Part shown: positions 1 through 8,158 of the stretch, in pieces
How positions within the stretch are numbered: the stretch's first letter is position 1
Layout of the letters: each line of letters opens with the position of its first letter
Virus record (IMG/VR): IMGVR_UViG_3300025015_000093
Location: 1 to 30,063 of that record
Source: a virus
Lineage: Duplodnaviria > Caudoviricetes
Strand: one strand, 5' to 3'
Length of the DNA: 30,063 nucleotides
Translations under genes and position numbers: made by a program
The notes under the pieces: model-generated
What the model was told of the DNA's origin: nothing
Seen by the model: only the letters and a program-made list of their open reading frames with translations
Database searches by the model: none

Positions 1-478
1 GCTCCCTCCCCGGCTTGTCCTTCTTGCGGACCCACTCGGCCCGCCACACCGAATTGGGCTTCTCGCTGTCGAGGGGCTTCACCGCGTCGAGTTTGCCGCG
101 CAGTTCGTCTTGTCGGTCATGGAGCATCTTCTGCCAGTTGCGGTTCTGTGCGCTGCTCTTGCCTGCGGCGGCAATGAGTTGGGGTGTGGCCCTAATCAAG
201 TTCTCGACGCTCTTGCCGAGTTGGGCGTCGAGAACGCCCAGAACCAGCGACATTGCCATCCACTCCGGCACGTTGGCGTGGGAGAGCCCTTCGTTCCACT
301 TCGAGATGATGCGCAACCACTCCTCGTAGTGGACGAGTCCGCGGTCGCTGTTGTTCATGCCGTGCTTGGTGGCGAGCACTCGGGCTGCGACGTAGACCCA
401 TTCGGGGATGTTGCGCGGCAGCGGCCGGATCGCTTCGGGCGGCGTCGCGGGGATGAGGGACTGTTCGGGCTTTTCCAT
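1..478 (-). CDS. Hypothetical phage protein, 3' end runs off the window (MEKPEQSLIPATPPEAIRPLPRNIPEWVYVAARVLATKHG...)
   Basis: Absent from the ORF track because it has no stop in the window. ATG at 478 preceded by AGGAG overlapping the terL stop; frame open to base 1. Confidence 0.8.
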   Translation of the reverse strand, partial: MEKPEQSLIPATPPEAIRPLPRNIPEWVYVAARVLATKHGMNNSDRGLVHYEEWLRIISKWNEGLSHANVPEWMAMSLVLGVLDAQLGKSVENLIRATPQLIAAAGKSSAQNRNWQKMLHDRQDELRGKLDAVKPLDSEKPNSVWRAEWVRKKDKPGRE

Positions 479-485
479 GTCGCTC

Positions 486-2057
486 CTACAGGCCCATGTC
501 GAGTGGGCTCATGCGGTTTCGGGACTGTCGGCGGCGACCGGGCTCACGGCGCGTCGCAATCTTCTGGACGCGCTGACGAGCGATCCAGTGCGCGAGACAC
601 CACGCGCGGTAGCAGTCGTCGTGGCTGCCGGTGGATGCTTCGAGCACGCGGCCGTCGTCGCGCAGATCGGATAGGTCGTCGAGAAGGCGCGAGGAACGTA
701 CGCCCTCGCCACTTTCGGCGATATCGCGGCCGATTTCGCAGACCGTGCGCTTCAGGGCCGCGGTCATAGGGATGCCGGCGTTGCCGTGGATGTCGCTGAC
801 GACGTGGTGGTAGCCGATGCGGCGCATTTCGTCGCAGCAGGCCAATCCGAGGCCGGTTCGTTCGACGCCGACGAGGGCCTGGCCGTATCGGTAAGCTAGA
901 CGCACGGCGATGGCGGCAAGGACGCTGGGGCGGCATCGTTCCGCGTGCTCGGCGACCATGACGGGGACGCCCCCGGGCACGATGCGCAGCACGGAGGCCA
1001 CGCCGAAGTCGCCACGCGGGCCTCCTCCAGCGGGGTCCACGCCGATGACGTAGGTTGCACCGCGCTCGGCCTCTTCCCAGATCCACGTGTCCCCGTCGCG
1101 ATGAATCGGCTCTTCGACGCACCGAATCAGCGCGGTCAGGGCCTCCGGGGTGATTGCGCCTGCGCCGCTGGACGTGAACGCCTCTTCGGGGCAGATCGGG
1201 TATGCCTCCTGGAATCGAGAGACGCGCCCGCGACACACGTCCTGGAGGGTTTGCCGCCGCCACGCGATCTGTTCCGCGTCGAGCGCGTACTTGGCAACGA
1301 TGTTGGCCTCTTCAGCGGTGTAGACGAGTGGCTGTTCGCCGACGGGGATGCGATAGTCGGGTCTGCGCGACCATCCCGTGAAGACGCGCAAATAGCCACG
1401 CCGTTTCTTGACCCATTCCTCCGCGTCGAGCCCTTCGTTCCACGTCTGGTGGAACAGACCGCCGCGCCCTGCCGCCGTGGACTCCATGACGATGGTGTGC
1501 GCGTGCTGTGCCGCCGGGCCGATGGCCTGCAACGTCTCTTCGGCGTCCTGCCAGCGGGAAACCTCGGTGGCGTGGACCCAGGAGTGCGTGAGTCCGTGGC
1601 CTCCCGCCGCGTTCTTCGCTGATGCCGATTCGATCATCGCTCCAGTGTTGAGTACGTGTGTCTCAATACCTTTGCTTGTGAGATGTATGTGACTTGCCAT
1701 TAGATTCAAGTGATCGAAAACGTTGCGGTACATGCGCATGACGTGTCGAGTCGTCTTCAACTGGTACGCGAGCACGAGGCCCATGCTCAGTGAGTCGCGC
1801 ACCGTGTTCTGCGTGAAGACCGAGGCCCAGAACGTGGACGCCATGATCTGACGGGCCTTCAAGTGGACGATGCGCACGCGGTTGGTGTGCTTGCGTGCAA
1901 GCTCCAGGGCGGCGAGTGCGTCGATCTGCGGCGACTTGTAGTGGAGCGGAACGAAGACACCGCCCTCTTCGGGGCGAATCTTGCACTCGTTGACAGACCA
2001 GACGCGCAGGTCGGTCAGGGTGTCGCGGATGTACTCGTCTTCGTTGGCCCACTTCAT
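486..2057 (-). CDS. terL: Terminase large subunit
   Basis: Walker A-like IVHLKARQIMAST, Walker B-like WVHATEVSRW, coupling motif VMESTAAG, nuclease motifs YVIGVDPAGG and HDD. ATG at 2057 overlaps the upstream TGA (ATGA), so it is preferred over the track start at 2096. Confidence 0.93.
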   Translation of the reverse strand: MKWANEDEYIRDTLTDLRVWSVNECKIRPEEGGVFVPLHYKSPQIDALAALELARKHTNRVRIVHLKARQIMASTFWASVFTQNTVRDSLSMGLVLAYQLKTTRHVMRMYRNVFDHLNLMASHIHLTSKGIETHVLNTGAMIESASAKNAAGGHGLTHSWVHATEVSRWQDAEETLQAIGPAAQHAHTIVMESTAAGRGGLFHQTWNEGLDAEEWVKKRRGYLRVFTGWSRRPDYRIPVGEQPLVYTAEEANIVAKYALDAEQIAWRRQTLQDVCRGRVSRFQEAYPICPEEAFTSSGAGAITPEALTALIRCVEEPIHRDGDTWIWEEAERGATYVIGVDPAGGGPRGDFGVASVLRIVPGGVPVMVAEHAERCRPSVLAAIAVRLAYRYGQALVGVERTGLGLACCDEMRRIGYHHVVSDIHGNAGIPMTAALKRTVCEIGRDIAESGEGVRSSRLLDDLSDLRDDGRVLEASTGSHDDCYRAWCLAHWIARQRVQKIATRREPGRRRQSRNRMSPLDMGL

Positions 2058-2614
2058 GACACTGTGCGAGTTTCCTTGACCGTGCCTTCGGTCCACAGCG
2101 GCTTGCGCTTGTATGTGAAGTGGGCGTGCGTCGAGTCGATGGTGATGACGGGCTCCATGCCGTAGGCGTGGTCGAGGTTCGCCGCGCTACCCCCAAGGCG
2201 CACGGTCAGGATGATTTCCTTGACCGTACCGTCGGGTGGCTTGCTGCCCGGCCGCACGTAGTTGGAAAGCCGCAGCCAAACCATGCCCGGCGCACGCCGC
2301 AAGAGCATGTAGACGCCCGTGTTGACCCGCAAGTGGCGCGAATCGTGGAACGGGTGCTTGACGAATCCGCGCGGCGGTCCACGTCGCCCGAAGTCCTGGC
2401 GCACACACGCACGCTTGGCCACGACAGCCTTCTGCTCGTTGATCTCCGTCTCAATGTTGGCGACGACGCGGCCCGAAAGCCACGTCTCCGGCTTCTTACC
2501 GATGAGCACGTCGGGGAAGATGCGGCCCACTTCCTCGAACAGAGCGCGCAGTGTCGGCGGGTGCGAGCACGTCTGCGCGCCGGCTCGAACCATGAGGTAG
2601 TCAGGGGTGGTCAT
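2054..2614 (-). CDS. Hypothetical protein (186 aa)
   Basis: ATGA overlaps at both ends, AGGAG upstream; no recognised motif. Confidence 0.75.
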   Translation of the reverse strand: MTTPDYLMVRAGAQTCSHPPTLRALFEEVGRIFPDVLIGKKPETWLSGRVVANIETEINEQKAVVAKRACVRQDFGRRGPPRGFVKHPFHDSRHLRVNTGVYMLLRRAPGMVWLRLSNYVRPGSKPPDGTVKEIILTVRLGGSAANLDHAYGMEPVITIDSTHAHFTYKRKPLWTEGTVKETRTVS

Positions 2615-2961
2615 TGCCTTCTCTCCTTCTTCCCGTCGCCGCTCCGGTACAGCGCAGCCACAGTGGCCTCGCTCATCGTGGAGTACGTGCCGTCGGGATG
2701 GTTCAAGACGTAGGAGCCGGGGCAGACCATCACGTCGCCCTTGACGATCCAGCCGTGGTCGCTAAATGGCGCTCCGCACCGGCAGGGCGCTCCGGCTCCC
2801 ACACCGCGCCAACGGGCCACCACGCTTCCCTCGAAGTTCGCCGGATCGCATCGGGCCACGCCGTCGAGCGGGTGGTCGCCGTTGCGTCGCCAGCGGGTCG
2901 CGGGCACCCACGGACCCTTGCGAACGTCTATCGGGACACGCACGATGTTCGGAATGTCCAT
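2611..2961 (-). CDS. Small conserved phage protein, PGDYG-like family, with CxC..H motif
   Basis: GGAG 7 nt before ATG 2961. The string RKGPWVPATRW-NGDHP-EGSVV-CRCG-DHGWI-VCPGSY-LY resembles, from memory, phage proteins of the RKKPVxxEAxQW...CPGDWII...TYE type. The start could instead be 3006. Confidence 0.65.
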   Translation of the reverse strand: MDIPNIVRVPIDVRKGPWVPATRWRRNGDHPLDGVARCDPANFEGSVVARWRGVGAGAPCRCGAPFSDHGWIVKGDVMVCPGSYVLNHPDGTYSTMSEATVAALYRSGDGKKERRQ

Positions 2962-3025
2962 GTCGCCGCTCCGTATGTCCACAACCGTATCCCGTGTAGT
3001 CGCCATGACTTCACGAGTTGCATCA

Positions 3026-3054
3026 AGTATGGAACGGAACCGAACGGGATGCAA
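3026..3054 (-). promoter_or_regulatory. Leftward sigma70-like promoter for the terminase operon
   Basis: Minus strand TTGCAT (3054-3049), 17 nt spacer, CATACT (3031-3026). Confidence 0.55.
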
Positions 3055-3067
3055 GAGAAATCTCATG

Positions 3068-3096
3068 TTGACACGGCAACGTCGCGGAATGAGAAT
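3068..3096 (+). promoter_or_regulatory. Rightward sigma70-like promoter for the head operon
   Basis: TTGACA (3068-3073), 17 nt spacer, GAGAAT (3091-3096), then GGAGG (3104-3108) and ATG 3113. Confidence 0.6.
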
Positions 3097-3112
3097 GATC
3101 GTCGGAGGTTCC

Positions 3113-3373
3113 ATGACCTCAGTCCTCCTCGTCATCCTCGGTTGGCTCTTGGGCGCGGCGCCGCTGCTGCTCGTGTTGCGGGCCTCGGTGCGTCGCGACG
3201 CAGCCCGGACCTGCGAACTGGTGAGCAATCAACTCAAAATGGACAAGATGATTGAGGTTCGCCACGAGGCGGAACTGGCAGCCGCCGTGCGCGACGAACG
3301 CGAGCGAATCCATGCGGTGAGCCAGACGAAACGGGCCGCCGACCTCAAGATGGTAGAAGCGAAGGTGTGGTGA
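3113..3373 (+). CDS. Small membrane-anchored protein (N-terminal hydrophobic helix, then charged helix)
   Basis: GGAGG RBS; MTSVLLVILGWLLGAAPLLLVL; TGATG overlap with the next gene. Confidence 0.75.
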   Translation: MTSVLLVILGWLLGAAPLLLVLRASVRRDAARTCELVSNQLKMDKMIEVRHEAELAAAVRDERERIHAVSQTKRAADLKMVEAKVW

Positions 3374-3717
3374 TGGCGTTTCTTTCTCCGGCAGCGAGTC
3401 GCACGCCAATCAAGCAGCCCGACTCAGAATCGTGGCTCACGTCCATCGGCCGCAAACTGCCCGGCATGGTCGCAAGGGCTGGGGGCACCGTCGGGGGCGC
3501 CGCGCTCGGCGGCGGGGCTGGTCCCGTGGGGATCGCCGCTGCCGGTGCAGGAGGCACCATTGCCGCGGAGCCCGTAGCGTCTGGCATCGATGCCATGCTC
3601 GCGGCCCCACCGGAAGCGCCGACCGGGGGCGATCCCACGACGATGGCCCGCGCCCTGGCTTCCCGCCGCAACTCGCTTCTGAATCGCTACCGGGCGAACT
3701 TTGAGGGGGCCGTATGA
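3373..3717 (+). CDS. Glycine-zipper protein, possible minor virion/ejection protein
   Basis: TGATG and ATGA coupling; AGGTVGGAALGGGAGPVGIAAAGAGGTIAA segment. Confidence 0.7.
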   Translation: MAFLSPAASRTPIKQPDSESWLTSIGRKLPGMVARAGGTVGGAALGGGAGPVGIAAAGAGGTIAAEPVASGIDAMLAAPPEAPTGGDPTTMARALASRRNSLLNRYRANFEGAV

Positions 3718-3938
3718 CGCAGGAAGAGCTGAAAAAGCAGAAGATCGACGCACTGAAGGCCAAGGCAATGGAGCCCTACGCGGCCACGCTCGCCTCGCCA
3801 ACAGGGCTCGGGCCAACACAGGCCAGCCCGACCGTCGTGAAGCCCGCAGCCCCGACCCGCACGCCACGCGGCGGCTACGACGCCCGCAAGGCGCTCATGG
3901 ACAAGTTGCTGGCGCGGTACTTGGGGGTCGCGCAGTAG
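3714..3938 (+). CDS. Hypothetical protein (74 aa)
   Basis: GAGG RBS, ATGA overlap; its TAG directly abuts the portal ATG. Confidence 0.75.
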   Translation: MTQEELKKQKIDALKAKAMEPYAATLASPTGLGPTQASPTVVKPAAPTRTPRGGYDARKALMDKLLARYLGVAQ

Positions 3939-5840
3939 ATGAGCGTCTTTGCCGAAGCAACAAGCGACGACAGCGCACTCCTCGACCGCATCAGGTCGCG
4001 GGACACCTTGGCGCGCACCGCGTACCGGGATCTTCGCTCCGACTGGTACATGAACGTCGCGTTCCTGCTCGGGCACCAGTACGTTGAAATCGACGAAGCG
4101 ACGGGCCGGATCGTGCAGCCACCGACGCCTGCGTGGCGCGAGCGAGCGGTGCGCAACATCATCGCGCCGACCGTGGACGTGTACGTCAACCGCGCGACCT
4201 CGCAATGGCCCACGTTCCGCGTGATTCCCGCGACAAGCGAGGACCAGGACCAGAGCGCGGCCGTTGTCGGCGGCCACGCACTCCAGTACGTGTCCCGCCG
4301 CGTGTCGCTTCAGAGCAAACTCAAGGCGTGTGTGCAGAATGCGTGCCTCTGCGGCACCGGGTTCCTGATTCCGCTTTTCGACGCACAACAGAACTTTCTC
4401 GATATCGATGTTCCCTCCAGTTTCGATATGTTCCCGGAGCCCGGCGCGCAGTCGCAACACGATTGCCACTGGATAATCCGCCGACACTCGTTCCAGATCG
4501 AAGAAGCGCGACTTCGTTTCAATCGTCCCGAGTTGCAGGCGAACCACGGCTTCGAGGAAGACAACATCACGGGCCGTCTGCTCAAGAGCTACGAGAGCGG
4601 CGGCAGCCAGGACCGAATCACAATAATCGAATACTGGCAGACGACGGACTCGACCTACGAAAAGGGCATCCACGCCATCGCCACCGACCAGGAAGTGTTG
4701 TCGCGGGCGGATCTCGACGAACTCGGCATCCCCGTCATCCCGATTCACCGCGCTCCGGCACCGGGTCGCTACTTCGGCCGCCCGCTCGTCACCGGACTGC
4801 GCAACCCACAAAAGGCATACAACGCGGCAACGTCGCGCATTCTGGAAAACTTCGCGTTGCACTCCGGCTTGAAGTGGCTGTCTCCGCGAACCGCCGAACT
4901 CGACGAGCCCGCGATCAACAACCTCGCCGATGAAGTCATTGAGTGGTCCGGCAACGGGCCATCGCCGCGCGAGATTGCTCCGCCGTCGCTGCCCGCGTGG
5001 ATCGAGAACATGCTGGACGCGGCGTACCGGGACATCGACCGCATCTCGGGCGTGCATGAGGCCAGCCGTGGCCTGCGTCCCGAGGGCGTCACGTCGGGTC
5101 GTGCCTTGGCCTTCCTCCAGGAAGCCGATAATGTGGCCATGTCGCACACGTTGACCTCGATGGCGGAGGCGTTGTCCACGCTCGGCGGGCGCCTGCTCGC
5201 GCTATGGAAACGCCACATCCCGGAGCCACGCACCATCCAGTATCTCGGAGAGAACGACCGCTACGAGATCGCGTCGTTCTCGGTCATGGACCTCAAGGGC
5301 AACGACGTGTACGTGGAGCAGGATTCGCTACTGTGGGAGTCGCAGGCCGTCAAGGAAGACAACGCGCGACAGGACTTCGACAAGGGCATCGCCACGCTCG
5401 AAGAAGTGCGCGACGTGCTGGGCTACACGCAGGGCGGCGATCCCGCAACGGCCACGGACGCGGAGCGCGACCGGGCACGATGGGAGACGGAGCAGCTTTT
5501 CCTGGGGACGGACATCCCCGTGTTCAGCCTCGAAAACCACAAACTGCACATCGAAGAGCACCGCAAGGGCGCGCTTCAGGGCGGCAAACTCTACGAGGCC
5601 GATCCGTCCGCCCGCGACCTCTTCATTGCGCACTATGGCAAGCACGAACAGATGGCAGAGCCGCCCGCGGAGGGACCGGCCCCGACCGCTCCATCGAACG
5701 GGAGCCAGCCCGGCAAGCCGCCGCTCGCCGCCCCCGGAAACAGCCTTGCGTCCATGCTGAAGCTGAGCCCCGGAGGCGAAGAAGGTGCTTTGAGATCCGG
5801 TGGTTGGAAGGCACAACCTCAAGAGTCACATGAGGTATAG
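3939..5840 (+). CDS. Portal protein (P22-like)
   Basis: 633 aa, ahead of scaffold and capsid; WYMNVAFLLGHQY...NIIAPTV, QKAYNAATSRI and ISGVHEASRG...TSGRAL are typical podoviral portal segments; Pro-rich C-tail. Confidence 0.88.
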   Translation: MSVFAEATSDDSALLDRIRSRDTLARTAYRDLRSDWYMNVAFLLGHQYVEIDEATGRIVQPPTPAWRERAVRNIIAPTVDVYVNRATSQWPTFRVIPATSEDQDQSAAVVGGHALQYVSRRVSLQSKLKACVQNACLCGTGFLIPLFDAQQNFLDIDVPSSFDMFPEPGAQSQHDCHWIIRRHSFQIEEARLRFNRPELQANHGFEEDNITGRLLKSYESGGSQDRITIIEYWQTTDSTYEKGIHAIATDQEVLSRADLDELGIPVIPIHRAPAPGRYFGRPLVTGLRNPQKAYNAATSRILENFALHSGLKWLSPRTAELDEPAINNLADEVIEWSGNGPSPREIAPPSLPAWIENMLDAAYRDIDRISGVHEASRGLRPEGVTSGRALAFLQEADNVAMSHTLTSMAEALSTLGGRLLALWKRHIPEPRTIQYLGENDRYEIASFSVMDLKGNDVYVEQDSLLWESQAVKEDNARQDFDKGIATLEEVRDVLGYTQGGDPATATDAERDRARWETEQLFLGTDIPVFSLENHKLHIEEHRKGALQGGKLYEADPSARDLFIAHYGKHEQMAEPPAEGPAPTAPSNGSQPGKPPLAAPGNSLASMLKLSPGGEEGALRSGGWKAQPQESHEV

Positions 5841-5841
5841 C

Positions 5842-5870
5842 TTGACAACAGCATGGAATGACGGAACTAT
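5842..5870 (+). promoter_or_regulatory. Possible internal promoter for scaffold/capsid
   Basis: TTGACA (5842-5847), 17 nt spacer, AACTAT (weak -10) in the portal-scaffold gap. Confidence 0.4.
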
Positions 5871-5906
5871 TGCGATGACGCCGAATGGAACCGGCGGGAG
5901 GAGAGC

Positions 5907-6653
5907 ATGAAACTGTATCCGGAAGATGGACAGGGAGCGGGCGGGGAAACACCAGCGGCAGCGGACACAGAGGCAACCCCGACCCCGGCTGCGACTGCAC
6001 CCGCCGCGAAGACCTACAGCGAGGAACAGGTCGCGGACTTCGTGCGACAGGCACACGCGGCGCGCGACACCACTTGGAGCAAGCACCTTGCGGACCCCAC
6101 GAAGGGCAAGGCCGCGCTCGCGCAGCTTGCCGCGCTGCACGGAGCGACGATTGCCGAAAAGCAGGCCGTCGCCGAAGCCGTCGAGACCGGCGACGACAGC
6201 GATCTCACGCCGCGCGAGAAGGCGATGCTGGCCCGGCTCGAAAAACTGGAGGGCGTCCAGAGGGCGGGAGAAACGACGGCGGCAGAGCAGGCGGCCACCG
6301 CAGCGATGCAGGCCGACGTGTCCCGCGCCGCCGAATCGATACCCTACGGCCGCAACCCGAAGCTCAACCAGTTGATCCAAACCCTCATTCTCGGCGACAT
6401 GGTCGATCCAACGACGCCAAAGGGCATGACCGCACAGAAGCTCGCGATGGGCATTCAGTCCGGGCTCGAAAAGGTCTTCGCCGACTGGGTCAAGGACAAC
6501 GGTTACATCAAAGACCCGAGCGTGGCTGCGAACCAGCCGCTTCGGGGTGGCTCGACCACCACGGCCATCGGCCCGAACGAGGAGCCGAAGTCGTGGGGTG
6601 ACGTTGAGGGACAAACGGCCGCGCTGCTGCGGTCGATGAAGGCAAGGAAATAG
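5907..6653 (+). CDS. Capsid scaffolding protein
   Basis: Between portal and capsid; acidic Ala/Pro-rich N-terminus, helical middle, basic C-terminus (LLRSMKARK); GGAG RBS. Confidence 0.75.
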   Translation: MKLYPEDGQGAGGETPAAADTEATPTPAATAPAAKTYSEEQVADFVRQAHAARDTTWSKHLADPTKGKAALAQLAALHGATIAEKQAVAEAVETGDDSDLTPREKAMLARLEKLEGVQRAGETTAAEQAATAAMQADVSRAAESIPYGRNPKLNQLIQTLILGDMVDPTTPKGMTAQKLAMGIQSGLEKVFADWVKDNGYIKDPSVAANQPLRGGSTTTAIGPNEEPKSWGDVEGQTAALLRSMKARK

Positions 6654-6722
6654 GAATTGCCACTGTCCGCGCACGGCTTGGGTGCTGGTGGCGGCGGCGG
6701 AAAGCCATAAAGGAGAGAAAAA

Positions 6723-8078
6723 ATGGCGGACCTTCTTACAAACACCAGTGCCCTGTTCAAGGTCGGTTTCGGGAAGATGAAGGAGTCGATGCGGCGCAAG
6801 CAGCCCTTGCTCGAAATCGTCAAGGGCAAGCCGCGCAAGCTCGTGGGCTCCGGCAAGTACATGGAGTTCCCGGTCCACCTCCGGGGAGACGCGGGTACCG
6901 GCTCCCGTGGAGAGGGCCTGAACACTCCGGTCCCGACCAACGACGTGGTGGAGTCCGCCCGTGTCCGCGCCCGGAACGTCTACGGCGTCATCCGGTGCTC
7001 GGGCCAGGAACTCAAGCTCTCCGAGAGTGACGAGGACGCCTTCGCTTCGTATCTCACGAAGAAGAAGGAGTGGATGTCGGACGAACTGGCCCGCGAAATG
7101 TCGCGCCAGATCCAAGGCGACGGCTCGGGCATCCTGTGCCGCGTCACGTCCACCGGCAACATCGCACCACACACCGTCGATGGCGCGGGCAACCAGCGCA
7201 CCGGCGCGGCAGCCCAGACCCCGGTCGCGGGCGGCACGCACTACCTGCGGCCCGGAATGCAGGTCGCGTGCATCGAAGTCACCATCGCCACCGGGGCCTA
7301 CGTGGGATTCAACCCGGCGGCCATCGGAACCATTCTCTCGACGACCTCGCCAAACACATGCACGTTCTCCGCCGCGCTGAACATTGCCGCAGCGGGTGTC
7401 GGCAACGTCAACGTCCTGGTGCGTGCGTCGCTCGCGACCGTGGCCGACTACGCCTACTCCGTGGAACTCTGGGGGCTGAACGCCGCGATCTCGCAGCGCG
7501 ACCCCTCGCTCTGCGGCGGCGTCGCCTCCGCGCAGACCGCGTTCCAGAACGACGCCTACCTGGAGATCAGCCGCACCACCTACGACGAGTGGGCGAGCGT
7601 CGTCAAGGGCAACTCGGGCGTGCTCACTCCGCTCACCCCGGACCTGCTCCCGATGCACGAGGTCATCCGGCGCATCCACGACCGCTGCGGCGAGTACCCC
7701 ACGCACGTCCTGATGGCGCCGTCGGTGTACGAGTCGTACATCTCGGCCCTGTCCGGCGACGTGCGCTACGAGCCACAGAAGATCAAGGGCGGGTTCTTGG
7801 CCGGCTACCCGAGCTTCGCGCACGAGAAGGAGATGCCCATCGTCCGCGACCCGGCAGCCGCGTACAACCAGGCCCAGTTCATCAACGTGGACAAGATGGA
7901 GTGGCTGGAAGGCCGCGCCCTCCAGTGGGACGACATCGACGGGTCGATCCTGCACTCGATCCCCGGCACGGACCTCTACGAGGCGAAGATGGTGTTCTAC
8001 GGGAACCTCGGATTCGAGGAACCGTACGGCGCCGGGAAGCTCGTGGACATCGAGACCCTGACGGCCGACTCTTACTAG
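6723..8078 (+). CDS. Major capsid protein (HK97 fold with insertion domain)
   Basis: 451 aa, AAGGAG RBS, strong C/G-ending codon bias; MSRQIQGDGSG followed by a beta-rich insertion; C-terminal YGNLGFEEPYGAGKLVDI. Confidence 0.88.
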   Translation: MADLLTNTSALFKVGFGKMKESMRRKQPLLEIVKGKPRKLVGSGKYMEFPVHLRGDAGTGSRGEGLNTPVPTNDVVESARVRARNVYGVIRCSGQELKLSESDEDAFASYLTKKKEWMSDELAREMSRQIQGDGSGILCRVTSTGNIAPHTVDGAGNQRTGAAAQTPVAGGTHYLRPGMQVACIEVTIATGAYVGFNPAAIGTILSTTSPNTCTFSAALNIAAAGVGNVNVLVRASLATVADYAYSVELWGLNAAISQRDPSLCGGVASAQTAFQNDAYLEISRTTYDEWASVVKGNSGVLTPLTPDLLPMHEVIRRIHDRCGEYPTHVLMAPSVYESYISALSGDVRYEPQKIKGGFLAGYPSFAHEKEMPIVRDPAAAYNQAQFINVDKMEWLEGRALQWDDIDGSILHSIPGTDLYEAKMVFYGNLGFEEPYGAGKLVDIETLTADSY

Positions 8079-8086
8079 CGGTCTGA

Positions 8087-8125
8087 CGTGGCGGGGAGGG
8101 CGTCGCCGGCCTTCCCCGCCGCACG
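8087..8125 (+). terminator. GC-rich stem-loop after the capsid gene (attenuator or mRNA stabiliser; no U tract)
   Basis: GGCGGGGAGGG (8090-8100) pairs with CCTTCCCCGCC (8110-8120) using one G-U pair. Confidence 0.55.
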
Positions 8126-8158
8126 CAAGGACAACGGGCGTAAAACGGAGGCTTTCCA

